Assembly (NCBI GenBank): GCA_963732435.1
Contig: CAVSZL010000008.1
Location: 164,963-228,962, forward strand
Direction of reading: 5' to 3'
DNA from: an uncultured Bacteroidales bacterium
GTDB taxonomy: Bacteria; Bacteroidota; Bacteroidia; Bacteroidales; VadinHA17
DNA length: 64,000 nt
Position 1 is the stretch's first letter, and the number at the start of each line of letters is the position of its first letter. The position numbers were made by a program, and so were the translations under genes. This document shows positions 8,915 through 18,167 of this stretch, in pieces. The notes beneath the pieces were generated by a model, which saw only the letters and a list, made by a program, of their open reading frames with translations, searched no databases and was not told where the DNA came from.

Positions 8915-10069
8915 ATGCTTAAAATTCTTAAAATATCCATTGTCTTATTTTTTCTTGTTGATTGTAAGATACATTCCCAGGATAATGAAAAAATATTCTC
9001 CCTGAATGGTTATGTCAGCACAATGCAGAGTGTGATATTTGATTCCCTTTCAGGCCCTTTTGTCATTGATAATCTTATACATAACAGATTAAATTTCAAG
9101 GCATATATTAATCATAATATAACATTTGCCACAGAATTAAGGAACAGGCTTTTCATCGGAGATATGGTAAGGAACAGCCCGGCTTACTCCGACATGGTTG
9201 CCAGTGATGAAGGATTTATAGATATGTCGTGGAACCTGATGAATGAACCATCTTTTTTTCTGAATACAACCATTGACAGGTTATGGATTGATTTCAATTA
9301 TGATAAGTTTCAGGCAAGGGTTGGCCGTCAGCGGATCAATTGGGGTCAAACCCTTGTCTGGAATCCTAATGACATATTCAATGCATATTCATTCTTCGAG
9401 TTTGACTATATAGAACGACCTGGAAGCGACGCCATCAGGTTACAGTATTTTCCCGGATATTCTTCAGCTGTTGAAATTGCCATAAAGGCAGATTATGAAG
9501 AGAGGGTTACTACAGCTGCACTGTACCGGTTTAATAAATGGGGATACGACTTCCAGTTTCTTTCAGGATATTTTAACAGTGAGGATTTTGTTGCAGGGGC
9601 AGGATGGTCTGGTGCATTCGGATCTGTTTCGTTCCGAGGAGAAATGTCCTGGTTTCAGTCAATTGAGCATTTTGCCGATTCAACAGGAACAGGAATTTTT
9701 ACATTCGGGTTTGACAAAGTATTTAAGAATAACTCGATGCTGCAATTTCAGTTTATGTACTGCAATAATCCTGCTGATTACGGAAATTTTCTATCATTCT
9801 ATACAGGTTCCCTGTCAACAAAGGAGCTGGCTTTTTCGAAATTTACCCCATTTGGCCTTTATTCATACCCGATAACACCTCTGCTTACAATAAGTGTTTC
9901 AGGGATGTTGTTTCCAGACCTTGAAGGATACTTTGCAGGCAGCTCCCTCGATTTTTCGCTGGCAGAAAATGTCGATTTTTCACTTTACTGGCAGCATTTC
10001 AGCAGTGAGGTAAATAATCTGAAAACCAGGATGAATCTGGGATTTCTCAGATTAAAGTATAGTTTCTAG
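8915..10069 (+). CDS. Putative outer membrane beta-barrel protein
   Basis: Signal peptide, alternating aromatic/hydrophilic beta-strand pattern, and a C-terminal ...LRLKYSF ending in Phe, which is an OMP beta-signal. Co-oriented 21 nt after the ATPase gene. Confidence 0.5.
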   Translation: MLKILKISIVLFFLVDCKIHSQDNEKIFSLNGYVSTMQSVIFDSLSGPFVIDNLIHNRLNFKAYINHNITFATELRNRLFIGDMVRNSPAYSDMVASDEGFIDMSWNLMNEPSFFLNTTIDRLWIDFNYDKFQARVGRQRINWGQTLVWNPNDIFNAYSFFEFDYIERPGSDAIRLQYFPGYSSAVEIAIKADYEERVTTAALYRFNKWGYDFQFLSGYFNSEDFVAGAGWSGAFGSVSFRGEMSWFQSIEHFADSTGTGIFTFGFDKVFKNNSMLQFQFMYCNNPADYGNFLSFYTGSLSTKELAFSKFTPFGLYSYPITPLLTISVSGMLFPDLEGYFAGSSLDFSLAENVDFSLYWQHFSSEVNNLKTRMNLGFLRLKYSF

Positions 10070-10108
10070 ATTTTTTCTACTTTTGCTGCTTCACCTAAAT
10101 ATTTTAAA

Positions 10109-10654
10109 ATGGCCCTGGTACATGAATTTGAGAATAGCGGGAACTGGTTATTTAAACGAAGAAGCTGGCTGCCTGTTTTTATGGTTGTTGCTGGTATTGC
10201 TATGATGTATCTTGGTAACCGTCAGGCTATCATCTTTGATATGAGAGACGAGCTTATTTTTTTGGGCGTCAGTCTTTTTGGACAGGTTATAAGAATTATG
10301 ACTGTAGGATTCGCTCCAAAAAACACATCAGGCAGAAATACTGTTCATGGGCAGCTTGCCGATGAACTGAATACTACCGGAATATATTCAATCTTGCGTC
10401 ATCCTCTTTATTTGGGTAATTTTTTTATGTGGCTCGGACCAGCTTTGTTTTTGCGTTCGGTAGGTTTTACTATTTTTTTCGGATTACTCTACTGGCTTTA
10501 TTATGAGAGGATCATGTTTGCTGAGGAGCAATTTCTCAGAAGGAAATTTGGTGAGGTATATGACAAATGGTCAGAGACTGTAAGTTCTTTTATTCCTTAT
10601 TCTTTCAGATATATCCCTTCAAAACTTCCTTTCTCTTTTCAGGAATGTTCTTAA
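10109..10654 (+). CDS. ICMT/PEMT-family membrane methyltransferase (isoprenylcysteine carboxyl methyltransferase-like), apparently truncated by a frameshift
   Basis: Multi-TM protein with GIYSILRHPLYLGNFFMW and ERIMFAEEQFL motifs. It stops at 10654, but the reading continues in another frame (see next feature). Confidence 0.8.
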   Translation: MALVHEFENSGNWLFKRRSWLPVFMVVAGIAMMYLGNRQAIIFDMRDELIFLGVSLFGQVIRIMTVGFAPKNTSGRNTVHGQLADELNTTGIYSILRHPLYLGNFFMWLGPALFLRSVGFTIFFGLLYWLYYERIMFAEEQFLRRKFGEVYDKWSETVSSFIPYSFRYIPSKLPFSFQECS

Positions 10655-10847
10655 AAGAGAATATAATAGCTTTATTAATATATTCGTGATTTTCACTATT
10701 CTGGATTTATTCAGAAATTTCTTTCTTTCAGAACGTATTTATTTTACAGAAATGTGGATTTGGTTATTTTCTTCTGCTTTCCTTATATGGATTATTATAA
10801 GGACAATTCACAAACGTACCAGGTTGTTTGAAATTGAAGGGAGATAA
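10584..10847 (+). other. Stop-free +1 frame that continues the methyltransferase as extra TM helices
   Basis: The frame starting at 10584 reads ...SLFRNVLKREYNSFINIFVIFTILDLFRNFFLSERIYFTEMWIWLFSSAFLIWIIIRTIHKRTRLFEIEGR* (stop 10845..10847). Removing one base at the T-run 10636..10640 would splice PFSF to RNVLK. Confidence 0.6.
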
Positions 10848-10860
10848 TAACTCAAAAAAA

Positions 10861-10890
10861 AACCGCATGACACATTTTTATCATACGGTT
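10861..10890. terminator. Bidirectional stem-loop between convergent genes
   Basis: AACCGCATGA-cacattttta-TCATACGGTT, with A-run and T-rich flanks. It lies between the methyltransferase and the minus-strand peptidase gene. Confidence 0.6.
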
Positions 10891-10915
10891 GGAGATATAT
10901 CAGATTAAATCGTGG

Positions 10916-11593
10916 TCAATCCCTTGAACCTAAAAATATCATGATATAGTATAACAATGTTGCAAGTGAACCCAGAGCCGCCACAACATATGTATAAGCT
11001 GCCCACTTTAGAGCATCCTGTGCCTTATCGTGATTCTGATAAGATGTAATTCCTGCATTAGATAGCCATGCAAGGGCTCTCTGGCTGGCATTGATCTCAA
11101 CGGGCAATGTTATAAAACTGAATATGGTGGTCAATGCAAATAGGACTATTCCTGCAAGCAGAAGGGCAGGAAAAGTATTTACAAGCAATACTCCACCGAG
11201 AAGGATCCATTGAACCCATTTTGATGAGAAACTTACAGCAGGTACAAGTTTTGACCTGAAACCAAGCCATGAATAGGCAGTCGCATGCTGAACAGCATGT
11301 CCGCATTCATGGGCAGCTACTGCAGCAGCGGATATGTTTCTTCCATTATAGACATCCTGGCTTAAATTGATTGTTTTGTTTAAAGGATTATAATGGTCTG
11401 TCAGATGCCCCTGAACACTTATTATCTTTACATCTTTAATTCCATAGTCACGAAGCATCCTTTCAGCTACATCTCGTCCGGACATCCCGTTATCAACAAT
11501 TATTTTCGAATATTTTTTAAACTTCGATTTTAATACCATGCTAACGATCCAACTCAGGATCATAAAGCCAATAAAAATTATCCAGATATTCAT
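10916..11593 (-). CDS. Membrane zinc metallopeptidase (Zn_peptidase_2 / YugP-like family)
   Basis: HECGHAVQH zinc motif, an N-terminal TM and C-terminal TMs, about 225 aa. Confidence 0.85.
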   Translation of the reverse strand: MNIWIIFIGFMILSWIVSMVLKSKFKKYSKIIVDNGMSGRDVAERMLRDYGIKDVKIISVQGHLTDHYNPLNKTINLSQDVYNGRNISAAAVAAHECGHAVQHATAYSWLGFRSKLVPAVSFSSKWVQWILLGGVLLVNTFPALLLAGIVLFALTTIFSFITLPVEINASQRALAWLSNAGITSYQNHDKAQDALKWAAYTYVVAALGSLATLLYYIMIFLGSRD

Positions 11594-11754
11594 AGTTTTT
11601 ATTCCTCCTAATTTTAATTTAAATTAAAACTGCAAAATTTCTGCCAAAATCAACAGTAATTGAATTTATTGTCATTTTGTCATAAAATCCCTGATAATCC
11701 ATTTATAATTTGCCTCTTATACTACAATAACCAGTCAATTATTATCTTTGTTCA

Positions 11755-12051
11755 ATGATAAAGTTAATTATTGTTACATTGTCATTTCTCCTGTCTCTCC
11801 CTGTTCTGTTCTACAGATATTTCATCTCACCTTTTTTGAGACCATCTTGCCGTCATGAGCCTACCTGTTCACAATATATGCTTGATGCTTTAAAGATTCA
11901 TGGTCCGGTTACCGGTCTTATTTTGGGAACCGGAAGGATATTTAGATGTCGGCCAGGGGGCACTCATGGCTATGACCCTGTTCCCCTTTTTCATTTCCGG
12001 AGATACCGGCCATTTTGCCGGTGGAAAACAGAAAACCGGCTGAAACGGTAA
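11755..12051 (+). CDS. yidD: Membrane protein insertion efficiency factor YidD
   Basis: YRYFISPFL..SCRHEPTCSQYMLDALKIHGP..G..RIFRCRPGGTHGYDPVP is the YidD signature. Confidence 0.85.
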   Translation: MIKLIIVTLSFLLSLPVLFYRYFISPFLRPSCRHEPTCSQYMLDALKIHGPVTGLILGTGRIFRCRPGGTHGYDPVPLFHFRRYRPFCRWKTENRLKR

Positions 12052-12081
12052 TACTCGTAAGGTTTTAAAAATATCTGACAA

Positions 12082-12855
12082 TCAGAAACCAAGATCTTCT
12101 CTCAGTTGCTTAAATCCGGCTCTGCTTACAGGTAGCTTAGTTCCTGACAGAAGTATAGCTACATGATTATCTTTACCATATGGTTCGATTTGTTTTATCT
12201 CTGCTACATTAACGATGTATGAACGATGAATTCTGACAAATTCTGATTTTGGAAGTGTCTCCTCATAGTATTTCATTGTCTGCTGTTTCATGGCTTTGCC
12301 TGTAGAATGATATATCATGACATAATCATCCTGAGATTCAATATATTTCACCTGGTCAACAGGTATCAGGCTGATTGCACTCCCTTTGCGTAAAACAATC
12401 CTGTTTAATGAAGATGGTAATTCTGGTTTTTTTATCAGGAGTTGATTCGCAGGCTCTTTATTACCTTTACCTGATCTGATTTTCTCAACTGCTTTATTTA
12501 CTGCATCGAGGAATCTTCTTTTTGGAAAAGGTTTCATCAGATAATCAACTGCATTAAGTTCAAAGGCTTTTAATGCATATTGATCATAGGCAGTGGTAAA
12601 TATGATTTCAGGCTTTTCAGTAAGAACCTCTACCAATTCAATTCCTGTTAGTCGTGGCATTTGAATATCGAGGAAAACAAGATCGGGTTTTAAGGAGGTA
12701 ATTGACTTCAAACCGGAAAAGCCATCTGCACACTCACCAACAACTTCTGCTGATTCAACTTCTTTAAGGTAATGTCTGATTATCTCTCTTGCAGGTGTTT
12801 CATCATCAATTATTACGATACGGATATTTTCCATTATTTCTTTTTCCCGAAACAT
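12082..12855 (-). CDS. LytTR-family two-component response regulator
   Basis: Receiver domain (IVIIDDE...DLVFLDIQMP...) plus a C-terminal LytTR DNA-binding domain (FVRIHRSYIVN). The start may instead be the internal ATG at 12834 (MENIRIV). Confidence 0.9.
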   Translation of the reverse strand: MFREKEIMENIRIVIIDDETPAREIIRHYLKEVESAEVVGECADGFSGLKSITSLKPDLVFLDIQMPRLTGIELVEVLTEKPEIIFTTAYDQYALKAFELNAVDYLMKPFPKRRFLDAVNKAVEKIRSGKGNKEPANQLLIKKPELPSSLNRIVLRKGSAISLIPVDQVKYIESQDDYVMIYHSTGKAMKQQTMKYYEETLPKSEFVRIHRSYIVNVAEIKQIEPYGKDNHVAILLSGTKLPVSRAGFKQLREDLGF

Positions 12856-12916
12856 TATTTAATTCACCTTCAGAATTCAACCATAAATGTATAAAATATT
12901 TTTTAAAGCATATTTT

Positions 12917-13969
12917 TTATTCTACTACCGGAAGAGAGATTGTTACAGTATATAATCCTCCTTCTTTCATCGTTCTGATGGAAGCTTTGTTCCCATAGAA
13001 TAATTCAAGTCTTCTTCCGACATTTATCAGACCGGTTCCTGTTCCTCTTTTAGATGAGGATTCTGTATCATAATTATTTGTTATTGATATTGTAACATGA
13101 TCATCAATAATCTTTGCCTGTGTCGAAATTCTTACGCTTTCAGTACTCTCATATACTCCATGTTTCACTGCATTTTCAATCAGAGGTTGAAGAAGCATAA
13201 CTGGAATTTTGGTGTCGAGACAGTTATCAGCAGTATCCTCTTCAATTGACAATCTTTCGCCAAAGCGGACTTTTTCGATATCAAGATATAATCTCATGTT
13301 TTCAAGTTCACTTCTGAGAGAAACAGGTTGTTCATCTTTCTTTGAAAGTGCATATCTCATGAAATCAGACAGCTTAATAACCATCTCTCTGGCCTTTTCA
13401 GGATCAGTAATTGTGAGGGAACTTATTGAGTTCAGGCAGTTAAAGAGAAAATGTGGATTGATTTGTGATCTGAGCATCTTAATTTCAGTCTCTTTTAAAA
13501 TAGTTTCAAGCCTTGCCTCCTTTGCATTTTTTTCAGAAAGGTTTGTGAGACTTATAAAAAGATAGTAGGACAAAATTATCAGGCTATATATAAAAATTCC
13601 GGTACCTATTCTGTACGGAAAAGTTGCATCCCAATATGCCTGGTAGTTATTCTCCTCCGCTATTACCAGCAGCATAATATACTTAGTTATAATCACCCAT
13701 AAGGTTATGGAAATGGCTCCACTTAAAACTAGATTTGAGATAAGAGTTGTTGGCTTGGTTTTCCCTGTATTAAAGAAATTGAAAGGATACCATAAGGAAA
13801 GGGCAATGCCAGAGTAAATAAATAAAGAGATTAAACTATCGGCAGGGCTTAACTCGAAGAAACTCCCGTATGCAAAATAGAATAGCAGCGACTGGCCCGT
13901 TGCAAGGAAGAGCCAGATCAGCCACCATACTATAAGCCGGACTCTGTTCTGGAGTACAGGATGCTTCAT
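12917..13969 (-). CDS. Sensor histidine kinase, LytS/YehU-type (His_kinase + HATPase_c)
   Basis: Multi-TM N-terminus, then QINPHFLFNCLNSI (the phospho-acceptor box of the LytS class) and the ATPase motifs LLQPLIENAVKHG and GTGTGL. Confidence 0.85.
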   Translation of the reverse strand: MKHPVLQNRVRLIVWWLIWLFLATGQSLLFYFAYGSFFELSPADSLISLFIYSGIALSLWYPFNFFNTGKTKPTTLISNLVLSGAISITLWVIITKYIMLLVIAEENNYQAYWDATFPYRIGTGIFIYSLIILSYYLFISLTNLSEKNAKEARLETILKETEIKMLRSQINPHFLFNCLNSISSLTITDPEKAREMVIKLSDFMRYALSKKDEQPVSLRSELENMRLYLDIEKVRFGERLSIEEDTADNCLDTKIPVMLLQPLIENAVKHGVYESTESVRISTQAKIIDDHVTISITNNYDTESSSKRGTGTGLINVGRRLELFYGNKASIRTMKEGGLYTVTISLPVVE

Positions 13970-13979
13970 AAGAATATGA

Positions 13980-14729
13980 TTAATAGCTTTTTACTTCGCC
14001 ACCGCCAAACACAACGGCACCTTTAATTATTAGCTGTTTTGTTGTATCAATTGTTCTGCCAGGATTTAGTTTCCGGGAATCACCAAAGCCTCCAAGAACA
14101 GGCACTACATCAATTTTTACATTCCAGTTATCAGGGACAATAATTGTTGTACCACCGAATACACAAGCCAGTTCAAGTTCTGATACCCCGGGAGCCAGCG
14201 TTGCCTTTGTCAGGTCAATTTCACTTCCTCCGAATACTGCTGTTACTTTTCCTCCTCTGAAATTCTCTGATACTATCTGTCGTTCTCCTCCGCTGAAGAC
14301 ATGAATATAATCAATGTAGTCGTCACCTGTCTGTGGAGTTGTTGAAACAGAATTCCACCCTTTTCTTTTCGAGAAAATAAATACAATACCAATAATTATA
14401 AATATGGATGGCCAGAACATATTTACATCAAAAGTCTCCCTGAAAATATTTGGAATAAGGAAAAATGCGCCAACTGCCATTACAATTATGCCAGAGGTTT
14501 TTCCTCCGGACGACCCTATTGTAATTACAAGACCTATTGTTACAAGTAACATTGGCCAGCTGAAGATAATATTATCAATAAATGAGGGAAAGAAACCGGT
14601 GTTTCTCATAACAAGAAATATTCCGACGAGAACCAGAATAATCCCGATAATTGCCCTGTTATTCTGAAGGTGATGATGTTCGCGTCTTGGACTGCGATTA
14701 TCATCTCTGTAGTTTTCATTTGTTTCCAT
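13980..14729 (-). CDS. LiaF-like membrane protein (LiaI-LiaF TM region plus beta-rich C-terminal domain)
   Basis: Four predicted TMs followed by a repetitive beta-helix-like tail (VFGGSEIDL..., VFGGTTIIVP..., VVFGGGEVK), as in cell-wall-stress LiaF/DUF2154 proteins. 10 nt upstream of the kinase gene. Confidence 0.6.
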   Translation of the reverse strand: METNENYRDDNRSPRREHHHLQNNRAIIGIILVLVGIFLVMRNTGFFPSFIDNIIFSWPMLLVTIGLVITIGSSGGKTSGIIVMAVGAFFLIPNIFRETFDVNMFWPSIFIIIGIVFIFSKRKGWNSVSTTPQTGDDYIDYIHVFSGGERQIVSENFRGGKVTAVFGGSEIDLTKATLAPGVSELELACVFGGTTIIVPDNWNVKIDVVPVLGGFGDSRKLNPGRTIDTTKQLIIKGAVVFGGGEVKSY

Positions 14730-14762
14730 AAGAGTAAAATTATTTATTTTTAATTACTTGTT

Positions 14763-15122
14763 CTATTTGATTCTTTTAAAAAACGATGATATGATGAATG
14801 AAATTCCAGTTAATCCGATTATGGCAGGCCAGTAATAAGTTCTGAAAAGATCAGGTGTGAACATAAAGATCTCATCGCGGAGAAACCATATCCCACCTGC
14901 TATAAGCAAGATGCCTCCGGTGAAATTAAGGTTAAGCAGAAGTAGCACCCCGATAAATATCATTGCTGTTTCCCATGTAAAGTAGCTACTCACACTCCCT
15001 ATATTGAAAAGATCATTGGTTGCAATAAGGAGAGCAGCTCCCAGCACTATAAAGAACAATCCCACACCGATCCTGGGGTGATGCTCTTTATAATTTGTTC
15101 GTTGATAATGTTTATTTTTCAT
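14763..15122 (-). CDS. Small 4-TM membrane protein (LiaI/LiaF-like TM domain)
   Basis: 119 aa, almost entirely hydrophobic helices. First gene of the four-gene minus-strand unit. Confidence 0.5.
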   Translation of the reverse strand: MKNKHYQRTNYKEHHPRIGVGLFFIVLGAALLIATNDLFNIGSVSSYFTWETAMIFIGVLLLLNLNFTGGILLIAGGIWFLRDEIFMFTPDLFRTYYWPAIIGLTGISFIISSFFKRIK

Positions 15123-15277
15123 ATCTGATAATATTGATTCTGTGTCAAATGTAATTTACAATAACAGAGCTTTTAACAGAAAATCGGCGAATGACATAAT
15201 TTTGTCGGTATTTGACCTTTTATGGTAATTATTGTTACTTTTTTGTTGATAATTTTTTTAATTGAAGAAGGATTCAT

Positions 15278-15285
15278 ATTTTTGC
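15278..15285 (+). promoter_or_regulatory. Candidate -7 box TATTTTTG for the yceD-rpmF-plsX-fabH unit
   Basis: Fits TAnnTTTG, 19 nt upstream of the ATG at 15304. This argues against the longer 15262 start. Confidence 0.35.
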
Positions 15286-15303
15286 AAACCAAAATTTGAA
15301 GAG

Positions 15304-15825
15304 ATGGTCCGAACATATACTATACCGTTAAGCGGATTAAAGGTAGGACGGCACACTATTGATTTTGAGATTGGTAACGAGTTTTTTGAACTTTTTGAAG
15401 AATCGGAAGTAAAGGAAGGAAGCCTTATTGCAAGTATTGAAATGGATAAAAGATCCACTCATGCAGACCTTGAAATAAGTATTACCGGCACAGTTTTAAT
15501 CAGCTGTGACAGATGTTTAGGGATGTTTTTTTTCCCTGTTAAATGTAATAACAGACTTTTAGTTAAGTTTGGTAAAAGCATTGATAACAATGATCCGGAT
15601 ATTATTTCTGTATCTTTTGATGACCATGAATTGGATATAAAGCAGCATTTATATGAATTCATTCTTCTTGCTATTCCGATTAAGAGAGTACATCCCCAGG
15701 ATGAGGATGGTAAAAGTACATGTGATCCAATGATGTTAAAAAAGCTTGATGAACTTATAATAGATGAGGAACCTGAAAATGATCCTCGTTGGGATGAATT
15801 AAAGAAACTAATGAACGATAATTAA
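15304..15825 (+). CDS. yceD: DUF177 / YceD-family protein (large-subunit rRNA accumulation protein)
   Basis: Conserved position immediately upstream of rpmF. Has the CDRCL...C zinc-ribbon-like motif and an acidic C-terminus. Confidence 0.8.
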   Translation: MVRTYTIPLSGLKVGRHTIDFEIGNEFFELFEESEVKEGSLIASIEMDKRSTHADLEISITGTVLISCDRCLGMFFFPVKCNNRLLVKFGKSIDNNDPDIISVSFDDHELDIKQHLYEFILLAIPIKRVHPQDEDGKSTCDPMMLKKLDELIIDEEPENDPRWDELKKLMNDN

Positions 15826-15836
15826 ATTATTTAGAA

Positions 15837-16022
15837 ATGGCACATCCAAAACACAAACATTCCAAGACCAGAAGAGATAAACGCAGAACTCATTATAAGG
15901 CAACAGCACCTACTGTTGCAAGTTGTTCTAATTGTGGTTCTTCGGTGCTCTATCACAGGGTTTGCCCTGAGTGTGGCTTTTACAGAGGCAAACTTGCAAT
16001 TGAGAAGAAGGTAACTACCTAA
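15837..16022 (+). CDS. rpmF: 50S ribosomal protein L32
   Basis: [17 protein letters not shown]...CSNCG...CPECGFY, 61 aa. Confidence 0.95.
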   Translation: MAHPKHKHSKTRRDKRRTHYKATAPTVASCSNCGSSVLYHRVCPECGFYRGKLAIEKKVTT

Positions 16023-16048
16023 ACTTTATTAATCAAAAATTTTGCAAT

Positions 16049-16987
16049 ATGAAGATTGGCCTTGATGTCATGGGTGGAGATTATGCACCTGATGCAATCA
16101 TTGAGGGCGCAGTTGATTCCCTTCAGCATTTGGCAGAAGATGAAAGAGTGGTTCTTATTGGCGATAAAAGCTTAATTTACAAGAAGCTTGATGAGATGAG
16201 GACTGAGCCATCTCTTTTTGAGATTGTGCATACTTCCCAGGTAATTGAAATGGGAGATCATCCTGCTAAATCTTTCTCCCAGAAAAAGGATTCGAGTATT
16301 GCTGTCGGATATGGAATGCTTAAAAACAGCATGCTTGATGGTTTCTGCAGTGCAGGAAATACTGGTGCAATGCTGGTCGGTGCAAGTTACACTGTCAATG
16401 TGATTCCAGGAGTCCTCAGACCCGCTTTGGCAACTGTCTTACCATGTATTGATAACCGTGACTCAGTGATACTTGATATAGGATTAAATCCTGATTGTAA
16501 ACCCGATGTTCTATTACAATATGGAATTCTGGGCAGTATTTATGCAAAATATGTTCTGGGCACAGATAATCCAACTGTTGGTTTATTAAACATCGGGGAG
16601 GAAGAGACCAAAGGTACTCCTGCAGTTAAAGCAGCTTATGAATTAATGAAAGGTCATCCTGGTCTGAATTTTGTTGGAAATATAGAAGGAAATGCTCTAT
16701 TTCGTGAAACAATGACCGATGTAATTGTTTGCGATGGATTCGTTGGAAATGTCATTTTAAAGCAAGGAGAAGCTTTTTATCATATCTACAAAATCAGAAA
16801 TCTCAAAGACGATTATTTTGATCGCCTCGACTGGGAAAATATTGGCGGAACGCCAATTGTAGGAATAAATGCCAATGTTGTTATTGGACATGGAATATCA
16901 AAGAGAAGGGCTATTATGAATATGCTCCTGCAGACCAGGGCCGTTGTTCATGCCAACCTTGCTCAGAAGATAAAAGAAGCTATATAG
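16049..16987 (+). CDS. plsX: Phosphate acyltransferase PlsX
   Basis: [14 protein letters not shown] start, GNTGA motif, 312 aa, located between rpmF and fabH. Confidence 0.95.
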   Translation: MKIGLDVMGGDYAPDAIIEGAVDSLQHLAEDERVVLIGDKSLIYKKLDEMRTEPSLFEIVHTSQVIEMGDHPAKSFSQKKDSSIAVGYGMLKNSMLDGFCSAGNTGAMLVGASYTVNVIPGVLRPALATVLPCIDNRDSVILDIGLNPDCKPDVLLQYGILGSIYAKYVLGTDNPTVGLLNIGEEETKGTPAVKAAYELMKGHPGLNFVGNIEGNALFRETMTDVIVCDGFVGNVILKQGEAFYHIYKIRNLKDDYFDRLDWENIGGTPIVGINANVVIGHGISKRRAIMNMLLQTRAVVHANLAQKIKEAI

Positions 16988-16989
16988 TT

Positions 16990-17988
16990 ATGGGTAAAAT
17001 TAGAGCTGCTATTACAGGCATTAATGCCTGGGTACCAGAATACAGGCTGACAAATAAGGAGCTTTCAAAAATGGTTGATACTTCCGACGAGTGGATAATG
17101 CAGCGGGTCGGAATAAAGGAAAGACGAATTCTTAAAGGAGAGGGACTTGGAAGCTCTGATCTTGGGGAACAGGCTGTTAAGGGCTTGTTATTAAAAACAA
17201 ATACTGCTCCTGAAGAAATTGATCTGCTTATTTGTGCTACAATTACTCCTGACATGTTTTTTCCGGCAACCGCAAATATAATATCTGATAAATGCGGGAT
17301 TAAGAATGCATTTAGTTTTGATCTTGCTGCTGCATGCTCGGGATTTATTTTTGCATTACAAACAGCTGCAGCATATGTTGAAACAGGAAGATATAAAAAA
17401 GTTATTGTTGTCGGTGCAGATAAAATGTCGTCTATAACTGATTACACCGATCGTACCACTTGTCCTCTTTTCGGTGATGCTGCAGGTGCAGTTCTTCTTG
17501 AGCCTACAGAGGAGGAATTTGGAGTAATGGATTATATTTTTCGTACAGATGGTTCAGGTAGAAAATTCCTTCATCTTAAAGCCGGAGGTTCTGTAAAACC
17601 GGCATCTTATGAAACAATAGATGCAAAAGAGCATTTTATTTATCAGGAAGGACAAAGTGTCTTCAAGTTTGCTGTTTCAAATATGGCTGACATTGCTGTA
17701 GAGATAATGGAAAGGAATAATCTTAAATCTGAAGATATTGCCTGGCTTGTTCCTCACCAGGCTAACCTTCGAATAATTGATGCAACCGGGAGACGGATGG
17801 GACTGGCTCCTGAAAAGGTAATGATCAACATTGAAAATTACGGTAACACAACAGCTGCTACAATTCCATTATGTATATGGGAATATGAACAAAAACTTAA
17901 AAAAGGAGATATCCTAATACTTGCAGCCTTTGGGGGTGGTTTTACATGGGGATCGATCTACCTGAAATGGGCTTATGATCCGAAATAA
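16990..17988 (+). CDS. fabH: Beta-ketoacyl-ACP synthase III
   Basis: Active-site context [24 protein letters not shown]. 332 aa. Confidence 0.95.
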   Translation: MGKIRAAITGINAWVPEYRLTNKELSKMVDTSDEWIMQRVGIKERRILKGEGLGSSDLGEQAVKGLLLKTNTAPEEIDLLICATITPDMFFPATANIISDKCGIKNAFSFDLAAACSGFIFALQTAAAYVETGRYKKVIVVGADKMSSITDYTDRTTCPLFGDAAGAVLLEPTEEEFGVMDYIFRTDGSGRKFLHLKAGGSVKPASYETIDAKEHFIYQEGQSVFKFAVSNMADIAVEIMERNNLKSEDIAWLVPHQANLRIIDATGRRMGLAPEKVMINIENYGNTTAATIPLCIWEYEQKLKKGDILILAAFGGGFTWGSIYLKWAYDPK

Positions 17989-18037
17989 CCTTTCTAAGGT
18001 TTATAAAAACATCTATCATTTTAAGAATTAAATACCC

Positions 18038-18080
18038 GGCCTCACATTAAGAATATTGTTGCTATCGGGAGGCCTTTTTT
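18038..18080 (+). terminator. Rho-independent-type terminator after fabH
   Basis: GGCCTC...GAGGCC stem followed by TTTTTT (18075..18080). Confidence 0.55.
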
Positions 18081-18120
18081 AAACATAAATTTAAATTCTA
18101 CTTTTATCTGCAATAGTTTT

Positions 18121-18128
18121 TATATTTG
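18121..18128 (+). promoter_or_regulatory. Candidate -7 box TATATTTG ahead of the bactofilin/atp unit
   Basis: Fits TAnnTTTG, about 40 nt upstream of the ATG at 18168. Confidence 0.3.
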
Positions 18129-18167
18129 TGAGTTATTAAGTCTGAATATCTAAACTTTTAAAAAATT

